Under the pieces are notes generated by a model that saw only the letters and a program-made list of their open reading frames with translations, was not told where the DNA came from and searched no databases. Source: Longimicrobiales bacterium (GTDB lineage Bacteria; Gemmatimonadota; Gemmatimonadetes; Longimicrobiales; Gaopeijiaceae). Taken from it: DNA of 64,000 nucleotides. Below, piece after piece: positions 12,901 through 22,799 of the stretch; the stretch's first letter is position 1; each line of letters starts with the position of its first letter. The position numbers were made by a program, and so were the translations under genes. The stretch spans positions 2,805,022 through 2,869,021 of the forward strand of contig CBDAON010000004.1 of NCBI GenBank assembly GCA_965198065.1. The letters run 5' to 3'.

Positions 12901-14340
12901 ATGTCCGAGCCGTTCCCACTCATGGTTCCGGGCGCTACGCCGGACCGCGAGCTGATGGACGTATATGCACCCTACGATCGGAGCCTCATAGCTACCATCG
13001 AGCGCGGGGGACCGAGGGTCGTGGAGAAGGCACTAGACACGGCTTACGGACTCTTCCGCGACAAGGACGGGTGGCTCAGCGCCGCCCGCCGGATTGGGAT
13101 CTTGAGGCGCGCCGCCGCGATGATGGAGGAGAGACGAGAGGAGCTAGCCATGGAAGCCGCCCGGGAGGGCGGAAAGCCACTGATCGACTCGCGTGTCGAA
13201 GTGGATCGGGCAGTCGACAGCGTGAACGAGTGTGTAGAATTCCTGCGCACTCAGCACGGCGATGAGATCCCGATGAGTCTCAACGCCGCGTCGGCCAACC
13301 GATTGGCGTTCACCCGCCACGAGCCCATTGGCGTCGTGGTCGCCTTCAGCGCCTTCAACCATCCGCTGAACCTAATCGTCCACCAGGTCGGACCCGCCGT
13401 TGCGACCGGGTGCCCGTGCATAGTCAAACCGGCAGAGGCCACGCCCCTGTCGGGGATGCGCTTCGTCGGAATTCTCCGCGAGGCGGGTCTCCCGGAGGAA
13501 TGGTGCCAGGGCCTCGTGACCACCGATCTGGACGTCGCCGGATCACTCGCCACGGATCGAAGGGTGGGCTTCTTCAGCTTCATTGGCAGCGCTCGTGTAG
13601 GTTGGATGCTGCGCTCCAAGCTCGCTCCCGGCACTCGCTGTGCCTTGGAACACGGAGGCGCGGCGCCCGTCCTCGTGGCCGATGATGCCGACCTCAACCA
13701 CGTGCTCCCGCTGATTACCAAGGGTGGATTCTATCACGCCGGCCAGGTCTGCGTCTCAGTTCAGCGCGTTTTCGCCGCCCGGAGCATCGCTCGCGATCTG
13801 GCCGAGCGGCTTGCCCAAGCGGCGACCGCTCTCAACGTCGGCGACCCGACGGCTCCGGACACCGAAGTAGGGCCCCTCATCCGTCCAGCTGAAGTAGAGC
13901 GCGTAGAAGGGTGGGTGAGGGAAGCAATCGATGGGGGTGGCGAATTACTCGCCGGCGGAGCATCCGCCTCGGAGACTTGCTACACGCCCACCGTACTGTA
14001 CGACCCGCCTGGTGACGCTCGTGTCTCGACCTCGGAAATATTTGGCCCGGTGATCTGTGTGTATCCGTACGACGACATCGATGACGCATTCGCCCTATCG
14101 AACTCACTTCCCTACGCGTTCCAGGCGTCGGTGTTCACAAGCAATCTCGATACTGCGCTCCGGGCCTCGCGCCGGCTCGACGCCTCTGCGGTGATGGTCA
14201 ACGATCACCCCGCCTTCCGCGTGGATTGGATGCCGTTCGCTGGTCTTAGGGAGTCGGGCATGGGCGTCGGGGGGATCCCTTATACGATGGAAGACATGCA
14301 GATCAGAAAGCTGACGGTGATTCGTTCAAAGGAGCTCTAG
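12901..14340 (+). CDS. NAD(P)-dependent aldehyde dehydrogenase family protein
   Basis: FNHPLN, KPAEATP, FIGSA, LEHGGAAP, GQVCVS, EIFGPV. Confidence 0.92.
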   Translation: MSEPFPLMVPGATPDRELMDVYAPYDRSLIATIERGGPRVVEKALDTAYGLFRDKDGWLSAARRIGILRRAAAMMEERREELAMEAAREGGKPLIDSRVEVDRAVDSVNECVEFLRTQHGDEIPMSLNAASANRLAFTRHEPIGVVVAFSAFNHPLNLIVHQVGPAVATGCPCIVKPAEATPLSGMRFVGILREAGLPEEWCQGLVTTDLDVAGSLATDRRVGFFSFIGSARVGWMLRSKLAPGTRCALEHGGAAPVLVADDADLNHVLPLITKGGFYHAGQVCVSVQRVFAARSIARDLAERLAQAATALNVGDPTAPDTEVGPLIRPAEVERVEGWVREAIDGGGELLAGGASASETCYTPTVLYDPPGDARVSTSEIFGPVICVYPYDDIDDAFALSNSLPYAFQASVFTSNLDTALRASRRLDASAVMVNDHPAFRVDWMPFAGLRESGMGVGGIPYTMEDMQIRKLTVIRSKEL

Positions 14341-14550
14341 ATTGCGCTCGCGCTCACCAAGAATCTGTCGCCCCGTGCAATCAGTTGATGGCGCCGACTT
14401 CCGGAGATCTCGTATTCGTAGGCTTTATGGATTCAGGGCCGATGCGCCCTCGAGATTGGATTGCTCGCTAGTGAAAAACTCGCTCGGCGTCGCTTCAGGC
14501 GTTCCCGTGCTCGTGGCAGGGAGGAGAGGACGGATCCTCCTCTCCATCTT
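14338..14550 (+). repeat. ~210-bp dispersed direct repeat, copy 1
   Basis: Highly similar to 19916-20126 and ends in a GGAGAGGA...TCCTCTCC hairpin. Confidence 0.9.
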
Positions 14551-14583
14551 TGGAGCCTATGTGGCCCTCATGAGGCGCGGTGG

Positions 14584-15756
14584 ATGAGCCTGGATCAGCG
14601 CCCCGCCACGATCCCGCCGATGCCTTGGAAAAAGCACCCTTGGGTCCGTGCGTTGGTCGTCGTCATTCTCCTCTACCTCTTCCTGATCGGCGTCAATGGG
14701 CTGGGAGCGGGTTTCCGGGCATTGGGCGAGGGTGCGCTGGACTCGTTCTTCGCCGCCACGGAGAACCCGTTCGTCGGTCTGATGATCGGCATCCTCGCGA
14801 CGACGTTGGTCCAGAGCTCCTCGGTCACCACCGCCATGATCATTGGGTTAGTGGCAGCTCCGGAGAATCCCATCCCGTTGGAAAACGCCGTGCCGTTGAT
14901 CCTTGGCTCGAACATCGGGACAACGGTCACCAATACGATCGCGTCGCTCGCTCATATGGGTCGGAAGGAAGAGTTTCGGAGAGCCTTCGCCGTCGCGACG
15001 GTGCACGACTTCTTCAACTATCTCGCGGTTCTGATCCTCCTCCCGCTGGAGCTGCTGACTGGGTTTCTGCAGGCGTCCGCCACGGCGCTCACGTCCCTGT
15101 TGGGGGACATCGGCGGAGGCGAATACGACAGCCCCATCAGGGCGGTGATCGAGGCCGGTGGAGCTCCGATCGAGGCGTCCCTGGAGGCACTCTTGCCCAC
15201 GCCTCGGATGGCGGCGATCCTCTACATCGTCGTGAGCGGAGGGCTGATTTTCGTGACGCTTCTCGGGATCGTGAAGGTAATGCGTTCAGCGATGCAGACC
15301 CGTGTTGAGTCACTTGTGTCACGTGCCCTGTCCCAAAACGCCGTGGTCGCGATGGCGGTGGGTGCGGTCGCCACGGTGATGGTCCAATCGAGCTCAATCA
15401 CCACGTCACTGCTGGTCCCGCTCGCGGGGGCTGGGGTGCTAAAGCTGCAGGACGCCTTTCCGGTCACCCTGGGGGCGAACGTCGGGACCACGGTGACGGC
15501 TCTCCTCGCCGCGCTCGCGGCGACCGGCGCGAACGCGGCCGCCGGGCTCACCATCGCCCTCGTGCACCTGCTCTTCAACGTGTCTGGGACCTTGCTTATC
15601 TATCCGTTCGCCCCCGTGCGGCGCGTCCCACTTCGCCTCGCACGGATCCTGGCCGACGTCGCTACCCAGTCTCCCAAGTGGGCGATCGCATACGTCATCG
15701 GCCTTTTCTATATCATTCCCGTGGGGTTCGCCGTTCTCAACGCGATGTTCGGGTAA
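14584..15756 (+). CDS. Na/Pi cotransporter (NptA-like)
   Basis: Two QSSS repeats (VQSSSVTT, VQSSSITT) with GSNIGTT and GANVGTT. Confidence 0.9.
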   Translation: MSLDQRPATIPPMPWKKHPWVRALVVVILLYLFLIGVNGLGAGFRALGEGALDSFFAATENPFVGLMIGILATTLVQSSSVTTAMIIGLVAAPENPIPLENAVPLILGSNIGTTVTNTIASLAHMGRKEEFRRAFAVATVHDFFNYLAVLILLPLELLTGFLQASATALTSLLGDIGGGEYDSPIRAVIEAGGAPIEASLEALLPTPRMAAILYIVVSGGLIFVTLLGIVKVMRSAMQTRVESLVSRALSQNAVVAMAVGAVATVMVQSSSITTSLLVPLAGAGVLKLQDAFPVTLGANVGTTVTALLAALAATGANAAAGLTIALVHLLFNVSGTLLIYPFAPVRRVPLRLARILADVATQSPKWAIAYVIGLFYIIPVGFAVLNAMFG

Positions 15757-15766
15757 GGGGAGGAGT

Positions 15767-16456
15767 GTGCTAAAGGAACTGTTTAACCTGTTCCGCTTCG
15801 ACGAAGCGATCTCCGGAATGAGCCGGGACTTCAACACGATGCTCGATCTATCGCAGGGTCTGACTCGTCGAGCGGGCCGCATTTTCTTCGAAGAGGAGAC
15901 CGAGGGCGACGATCGTGCCGAAATCTCGAAGAGCGACATAGCGGTTAACAAGCTCGAGCGTGAGATTCGCAGGCGGGTGATCACACACATCACGATAGGC
16001 TGCGACGCAAGCGACGTCTCGTATTGCCTGCTACTGATGAGCATCGTGAAAGACGTCGAAAGGATCGGCGATTACGCGAAGAACCTCGCCGAGATTCACG
16101 ACATAGGGGGCGGGTCGATACCGGAGGACGAAAATGGCGCGGAGCTTCGTGGAATCCGGCGGACGGTCGAGGAAGCCTTCGCGACAGTTCGCGAGGTCTT
16201 CACCTCGTCGGACAGACGGACGGCGATGGAATTGATCCAGGAAGGTCGGCAGACGAACCGTCGTTGCGACGAGCTGATCGCTACCGTCGCCAGGAGCTCG
16301 TACGATGCCTCGACCACGACATCCATGGCTCTCGGCGCACGTCACTTCAAGCGCATCCAATCCCACCTTCTGAATATCTTGTCCGGCGTCGTGATGCCGC
16401 TGCACAAACTCAACTACTTCGACGAACAGGTGTTAGACCGCGAGGAGGAGGAGTAG
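15767..16456 (+). CDS. phoU: PhoU domain protein
   Basis: DIAVNKLEREIRR and KDVERIGDYAKN motifs, downstream of the Na/Pi transporter. Confidence 0.8.
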   Translation: MLKELFNLFRFDEAISGMSRDFNTMLDLSQGLTRRAGRIFFEEETEGDDRAEISKSDIAVNKLEREIRRRVITHITIGCDASDVSYCLLLMSIVKDVERIGDYAKNLAEIHDIGGGSIPEDENGAELRGIRRTVEEAFATVREVFTSSDRRTAMELIQEGRQTNRRCDELIATVARSSYDASTTTSMALGARHFKRIQSHLLNILSGVVMPLHKLNYFDEQVLDREEEE

Positions 16457-16923
16457 CTGCGGAGGAGCCAGTAGACCGCGGTCGATCGGTTCTCGAGCGC
16501 AAGACGGACCCTCCGAAGAGGCCGCGTTGAGCGCGACCTTGAGCTACCCTGAGTCGCGTTGCGTCTTCGTGCTCGCCCCCACAGCCCTAGTTGAAGCCCA
16601 TGTTCATGCGGCTGACCCGTCTGGCCCGTGGTCGTCTGGAGCGCTCCGGGAGCGATCGTCGGAAGCACGATAGGGAGTCGGATCGGGAAGCCTCTGCAGG
16701 CCTACCACATGGTGCCTGCTCGGGGCGACGTCTTCGCAGCCGTCGTCCTCGGGAGTGGAGCTCTTCGTCTAGGATCGGGGATGGCCACCGCTGCCTCCCG
16801 GGGCCGTTGGTCCAAGGGAACTTCCTGGTCCGGGTGCGGCGTTCCCATGAGAGGTGGGCAAGGGTCCGTTGGGAGGGCCGGTAGAAGATAAACGGACAAA
16901 TAGGCGGGTGGCTCCGATCCAAA

Positions 16924-18372
16924 GTGGGCGTGCGCCAGGGCGAGCTGTTCACCGTTGGCCTGATGTTCGCCTACGGCTTCTTCGCCATGACGTCGTACTA
17001 CGTCATCAAGCCCGTCCGGAACTCCATCTTCTTGGACCGGGTGGGTGCGGATCAGCTCCCATTCGTCTACGTCCTCACGGCGCTCTTCGTCGTCGGCGTG
17101 GTGGTCGTTTACTCCCGCTTCGTAGACCGGGTCGGACGGCTTCGGCTCCTTCTGGGTTCCGTGGGGGTGCTGGGTGCGGCCGTGGTGGGGTTCTGGTGGC
17201 TCCTCCGAGGGGGCCGCGACCTTCTGGACCTCAGGGGCCTTCTACATCTTCGGAAAGCTCTTTCCCCTGATCCTCGTCAGCCAGTTCTGGCTCGTCGCCA
17301 ATCTCCTCTTCACCACGACCCAGGCTCGTAGGCTCTTCGGGCCCATCGGCGTGGGACTGATCCTCGGCGGAATCACCGGAAGCGTCATCGCCGGGACCAT
17401 GGCAGAGGTGGTGGGAAGCGAGAATCTCCTGCTGATCGCCACGGGGGTGCTGGGCCTGTGCGCCCTCATCATCTGGCTTCTGGGGCCCCGTATGAGGGCG
17501 GAGGGGGGGCCAGCGCCCGCCTCATGGAGGAGGTCTCCGGAGGCGCCGTCGCCCTCCTGCGGAGGTCTTCGCACCTGAAGACAGTCGCCGTGATCCTGGC
17601 GGTGACGATCGTGGTCGGGACCCTCATCGACTGGCAGTTCAACCGCGCGGTGGAGATCTACATCGCTGGCGAGGACGAAAATACGCGGTTCTTCGGCACC
17701 TTCTTCGGCGCCCTCAACGTGGCGTCCGTCCTGGTGCAGATCCTCCTCACCGGCTGGGTTCTCCGCCGCTTGGGGCTGCAGGTGGCCCTCCTCGTCCTTC
17801 CCGTGGGCCTTCTGGTGGCCACCCTGGGCGTCCTGGCGGCGCCCGTCCTGGTCACCGCCTCCCTGGCCAAGGGTGCCGAAGGAAGCCTCCGCTACTCGCT
17901 GGATCAGGCTACGCGGGAGCTACTCTTCCTGCCCGTGCCCCTCCACGTGAAGTATAAGGTCAAACCGCTGATCGACCTGGGCGTCTACCGGGGCGGGTCG
18001 GGGATCGGAGGGATCGTCCTCCTGGTGGCGGTCAATCTCCTGGGCTTCTCGATCCGCCAGGTGGGCTTCCTGACCGTGGCTTTTGTGGCCCTTTGGGTCG
18101 TAGCCGCCCTCCGCATGCGGAAGGAGTTCGGCCGGACCCTGAAGCGCCTCATCGGCGTGCGGGACGTGAAGCTGGAAGAGCTCGTCGTCGGTCACCTCAA
18201 CGCCGAGACGCTGGAAGAGCTTCGGCGCACCCTGAGGGGAGGAGACGGTGAGAGCATCTCGTACGCGCTGGCGTTGCTGCGCCAGGCCCCCTCGTCCCGG
18301 CTCGCCGAAGACGTTCGCCCCCTCCTGGGGCACGAGTCGGAGCGCGTCAGGCGCGGGGCCCTCGCGGTCCTG
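16924..18372 (+). pseudogene. Npt1/TLC-like nucleotide transporter (MFS) with the start of HEAT repeats, frameshifted and 3'-truncated
   Basis: YYVIKPVRNSIFL, QARRLFGPIG, LRYSLDQATRELLFLPVP over three frames, ending abruptly. Confidence 0.75.
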
Positions 18373-18956
18373 TCCGCTTCCTCCATCAGGTGCGTGGTGA
18401 GGAAGACCGTCTTGCCGCGTTCTCTTATGCCCCTGACCAACCCCCAGATCGCACGACGAGCCTGCGGGTCGAGTCCCGTGGTCAGCTCGTCGAGGAAGAG
18501 CACTTCAGGATCGTGAATCATGGCCAACGCAATGAAGAGTCTCTGCTTCTGGCCTCCTGACAGCGTCATGAACCTGGCGTTGCGCTTGGCTGCGAGACCG
18601 AGCTGAGCCAGGAGCGCCTCTGCGTCGACGACCCGTGAGTAGAGAGTGGACCACAGGTCAACGGCCTCCCAAACCTTGATTCGCTTCTGGAGCTGTGCCT
18701 CCTGATGCTGGACCCCGACGCGGTGCTGAAGCGCAGAAGCATCTCCTCGGGGATCGAGGCCCAGCACCGAGATCGTTCCTCGATCCGCTTTCCGCAGGCC
18801 TTCCACGCACTCCATCGTGGTCGTCTTCCCCGCACCGTTCGGACCGATCAGGCCGAAGATCTCACCCCGTTGGATCTCGAGGGACACATCGTCCACGGCC
18901 ACGGTGGACCCGTAGCTCTTTGCCAAATGGGAGATCGAAATCACAGCAGGAGACAT
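18372..18956 (-). pseudogene. ABC transporter ATP-binding protein, 3'-truncated
   Basis: GPNGAGKTT, LSGGQKQ, LFLDE and TTHLMEEAD, then runs into the opposite-strand transporter. Confidence 0.8.
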
Positions 18957-19068
18957 ACCTGATTTATGCAACGACGGCTGCATTTCCTCAAACGAGCCGC
19001 GGTGCGTCGGGCGCTGGATGGTGCTATACCGGCCCATCACCCCTCCGTGGCTAGCGCCTCGGCCGATC

Positions 19069-19665
19069 CTACGGCTCGAACCTGATCGGGGTCGCGATCC
19101 ACACGGCGGTCCGCGCGCCCTGGTCCAGCGCGGGCGTGAACTGGAACGTCTGCCCCACCCGGAGGGCGTCGTCGTCCAGTTGCGGGTTCCCCGAGGTCGT
19201 GTTGACCACCACGTTCTCCACGAACCCCGTCTCGTCAATGTAGAGCCAGAGGAGGACCGTACCACTGATGCCCGCGTCCCGGAGGAGCGGGGGGTACTCC
19301 CGCTGCAGGGCGGACATGACCTCAGCGCGGTTCCTGAGTTCGGGCGCGACCTCGTAGGGCGTGAAGCCGCCTGGCGGTGCCGAGGTGACCGGCGGAGCGG
19401 ACGACTGGAGAATCGAGCGGATGTCGTCCGGTCCGAGGGACGGTGGTGGTGCCGGGGCATCCCGGTCCCCGCCGACGGTCGTCTCGGGCTCGGCCCCGGG
19501 CACGGCGCCGTCGGATGCCGGCGGGTCCGCCGGAACGGGTGCCTCGCACGCGAACGTGAGGACTATCGTCGCCCCGCCTGCGAGCGCGAGTGCCGTCCGT
19601 CCCCGGTGACGCCGGATTCGGTCCGTCATGGCCTCGATCCTCCTCTCCAGGGTGGACGATATCAT
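19069..19665 (-). CDS. TonB C-terminal domain protein, probably the 3' remnant of a larger (M56-TonB) gene
   Basis: YPPLLRDAGISGTVLLWLYIDETG...FTPA, a Pro-rich linker, and LERRIEAM at the N-terminus. Confidence 0.7.
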   Translation of the reverse strand: MISSTLERRIEAMTDRIRRHRGRTALALAGGATIVLTFACEAPVPADPPASDGAVPGAEPETTVGGDRDAPAPPPSLGPDDIRSILQSSAPPVTSAPPGGFTPYEVAPELRNRAEVMSALQREYPPLLRDAGISGTVLLWLYIDETGFVENVVVNTTSGNPQLDDDALRVGQTFQFTPALDQGARTAVWIATPIRFEP

Positions 19666-19915
19666 TCTTACTCTCTCCTAGTCTAGTTCCGTTACCCGCG
19701 CGCGGGTAACGGGCCCTCCCCGGCCCGCGCCCGTGTCTAGCGTCTCCCTTCAGAGCCAAAACAGGGCCCGGGACACCTCACCCGACCCAGACCCCGGCCC
19801 GACATTCTTTCGTGCGTCCTGCTGCGTGCTCGGCCGAGACCCGCTTCCGCCTCTTCACCCTCGAAACCTCGATCGCTGTGCTCGCCTGTTCGGCGTTCGA
19901 TGGGTCGAGGATCTG

Positions 19916-20126
19916 TAGATCGCGCTCGCGCTCACCAAGAATCTGTCGCCCCGTGCAATCTGTTGATGGCGCCGACTTCCGGGGATCTTGTATTGTAGGC
20001 TTTATGGATTCAGGTCCGATGCGCCTCGAGAGTGGATTGCTCGCTAGTGAAAGACTCGCTCGGCGTCGCTTCAGGCGTTCCCGTGCTCGTGGCAGGGAGG
20101 AGAGGACGGATCCCCCTGTCCATCTT
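19916..20126 (+). repeat. ~210-bp dispersed direct repeat, copy 2
   Basis: Aligns with 14338-14550. Confidence 0.9.
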
Positions 20127-20300
20127 CATAGCGGCCATGGTCGCCTGGGGTCGACTAGACGAGATGAAGAAGCGGTGGCAGCAGATCGAAGGGGCGGAGG
20201 AGGCATGAACGATCGTAGACCTGGGCGAGATCGAGCCGCTGACCGCTTGCTCATGCAGCGTGAGGTCGCGCCGTCGCCAAATCGTGAGAGGGGGAAACCG

Positions 20301-20870
20301 ATGAGCAGATTGGTAGCTACGGCAGCGCTATTCTCGTCTTTGGTGATGAGCGGGTGTCAGCCCGAGGCCGCTCCTCCGAGCGACGCCGAGCCCGAACGCG
20401 GGCCCCGATCGCAGCCTGGCACCTCAATGGGCCTATACAGCCCTGATCAACATCCGCTGTATGACGGGCGCTTCATCGTTTCAGGGAGTCGAGTTTACCA
20501 GGTGGGCGGCCTGATGGACGTGGCTCCCTGGGACCATATGGGAGACGATGCTTCGAATGTTCGCCCGGTGCCGGGCACGATTGAGATCGATGTCAACGAG
20601 TTGGACAACACGGGATCATTTCGTGCGGAACTAGAACTGCCGGACGGTCTCTGTCGTGGAAATGGAGAGATTCGAGGAGTTCTCCCCTTGCCAGGATGGA
20701 GGAATCGCGGCATGGCTCTTCGAGCACGGAGATTCAACGTGCGGCGACGCGAACTGGCCGAAGAGCATTCTCTACATCGCTGGTTGGGGCTGGGGCGACG
20801 CAACGCTCAATGGTGAGCCATTCCGGATGGATCATCAGATCCACTTCATGGTCACCCAAGGGATGCGGGA
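20301..20870 (+). pseudogene. hypothetical lipoprotein, frameshifted and truncated
   Basis: MSRLVATAALFSSLVMSGC lipobox. Continues in a second frame and ends at an AT-rich junction. Confidence 0.5.
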
Positions 20871-21372
20871 ACGGGCAAGAATCATGATGGATCTGATAAG
20901 TTACTGTGGTACCACGATATACATATGCTATCTCTTTGGTTGTCCCCTTTTCATACCCATTTTTAGGAACTGGATTCCAAACGACCCTAGCGGACCTTGG
21001 CGGACACGTCGGCCACCCGATTGCCATCTTTGACGACTACGTACCCACCCGCTGGAGCCGAAGATCAAGCACTTGCGCTCGGTGTCGTCCACCACAGTAA
21101 AGCGCGGCTTCAATGAGATCCGTGATCTGCGCGATCACCTCGCCCACGCAAACTACTATGCCGAGACCCCCGAGGCCGCTCGTCAGGTCTGCCAGGTGGT
21201 CAGGAAGATTCGCCGCATCCAAGCGGACCTGCTTACAGGGATCGAAGATCAATAGCTCCCCTCAAGGAGAGCCGCCGTGGAGACCTCATCGGCGGGAGGA
21301 GATTGACGAAGGCCCTAATCTGCTATAATCACACCACGGTCTCAGCACATAAGTATCACGGAAGGGAGAGCT

Positions 21373-21660
21373 ATGCCGCAGACATCCTCGAGGGACATTG
21401 ATGAGAGTGCTCTAACGAAGGGCCACCTCCGCAAGCTGAACGCACTTCGCAAGTCCGTCGGCGAAGATATCGGCGAGCGGGCGTTCGCCGAGTGGCTCTC
21501 CCGGCCAGCAACCGCAAGGGCGAGCGACCGGAACGCCGAGTTGATCGCCGAAAGTCTTTGGTCCCTTGTTGAGCAAGGCAAGCTTGCGATTCGTTCCGGC
21601 GGCTATGTGGTCAAACGCGGGCGCGGGCGAATCATCGTCGAGCCAGCGAAAAAGACGTAG
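21373..21660 (+). CDS. small hypothetical protein
   Basis: 95 aa, GGAGAG RBS, natural-looking composition. Confidence 0.55.
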   Translation: MPQTSSRDIDESALTKGHLRKLNALRKSVGEDIGERAFAEWLSRPATARASDRNAELIAESLWSLVEQGKLAIRSGGYVVKRGRGRIIVEPAKKT

Positions 21661-21935
21661 ACGCCCAGCGCCAGCCGCTTGCCCGGACGCCGTAGGGCCA
21701 GCGCGGGACGTCAATACCACGGCACGACCGAACGGTTACACCTACCCAACCTCACTGAGCGCCATGTCACCCCCATTGGCGTCGGCTGTCGGGCGACTCC
21801 GCTTCAGCCGATGTCGAATGCAAATTGGCGAGCTGCCGAGGGGATGGTGAAGGAGCGAAGCGTGCCGGAGGGTGGATTGTCGATGGCCCCTGTCCTCTCT
21901 GATTGCGGACTACAATAGATGGTTAGTGTTTCAGA

Positions 21936-22163
21936 TCACTCCGCGTTGCCACGGCTCGCGGCGACCTGTTCTCGGATCCACGCATCCACTTCGGACTCGA
22001 TCCAGCCGACGGCGCGCGCGCCTAGCCGGATCGGTTGGGGAAAGCTCCCGTCGGCCACCCGCACGTAGATCGTGCTCCGCGCCAGCCCGGTGCGGGCCTG
22101 CACTCGAGGTAACCTCAGGACGCGCGCGGGCGCGTCCATGCCCTGTTCCATTGCTCTGGTCAT
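21936..22163 (-). CDS. alpA: AlpA family regulator/excisionase
   Basis: LRLPRVQARTGLARSTIYVRVADGSFPQPIRLGARAVGWIESEV. Confidence 0.9.
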   Translation of the reverse strand: MTRAMEQGMDAPARVLRLPRVQARTGLARSTIYVRVADGSFPQPIRLGARAVGWIESEVDAWIREQVAASRGNAE

Positions 22164-22799
22164 CGGTCTGCCTCCGTTCTGTTCGGTGAAGAATTCCGGG
22201 GCGCGTTGCCCCGGGGGAGGGAACAGGGGCCACATGGGCCTGGCGGCAGGCTTCGATGAACACGGGGACCTGGCAGGCCATCGCCAGCCTCGGTGATCGG
22301 CCAGGACGGAGCTGACGCACCGGGTTGAGATAGCCCACCGCCTGCAGGTCGAACGTCGACGGCTTCAGGCCCGTGCGCTCGAGGGATGCATCCACTCGCG
22401 ATTCGAAGTGCTTCGTCAGCGTCTCCATGGCAGTTGGGGTCGAGATCCGGCATGTGAGGACCCGCTCATGCACTGCGGCGCGTGGCCGAGCGCGACCGGA
22501 TGCCGCCTCGGAGGGTGGTGCTAAGTGAGTCGAGGGCCGGCCGACGGATCGCGGCGAAGGGCTGCACCGTGCGGTGCATTGACATCGATGTCGGCAGGGC
22601 GGCCAGTGCGGGCGGCCGCGACTAGAAGCTGACACCACAGGGGAGCCATGAGATGTTTCGACCGCAGGATCGAACCGAGCCTGCGGCCGGCCGCGCGACA
22701 AAGCCGCGCTGGCCCACCGCATGCGGGACGGCCATCGCCGCAAGTACGACGCTCGCAAGGACACCTGGCGCGCCGGGGACACTACTCGTCCGCCGGCGC

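Noticed and set aside
21073..21254. HEPN-like toxin (RDHLAH motif)
   Set aside because: Only a short C-terminal fragment with no credible start.
22160..22428. Small HTH regulator upstream of alpA (METLTKHFES...)
   Set aside because: Looks degenerate and has no clean stop, so too uncertain to call.
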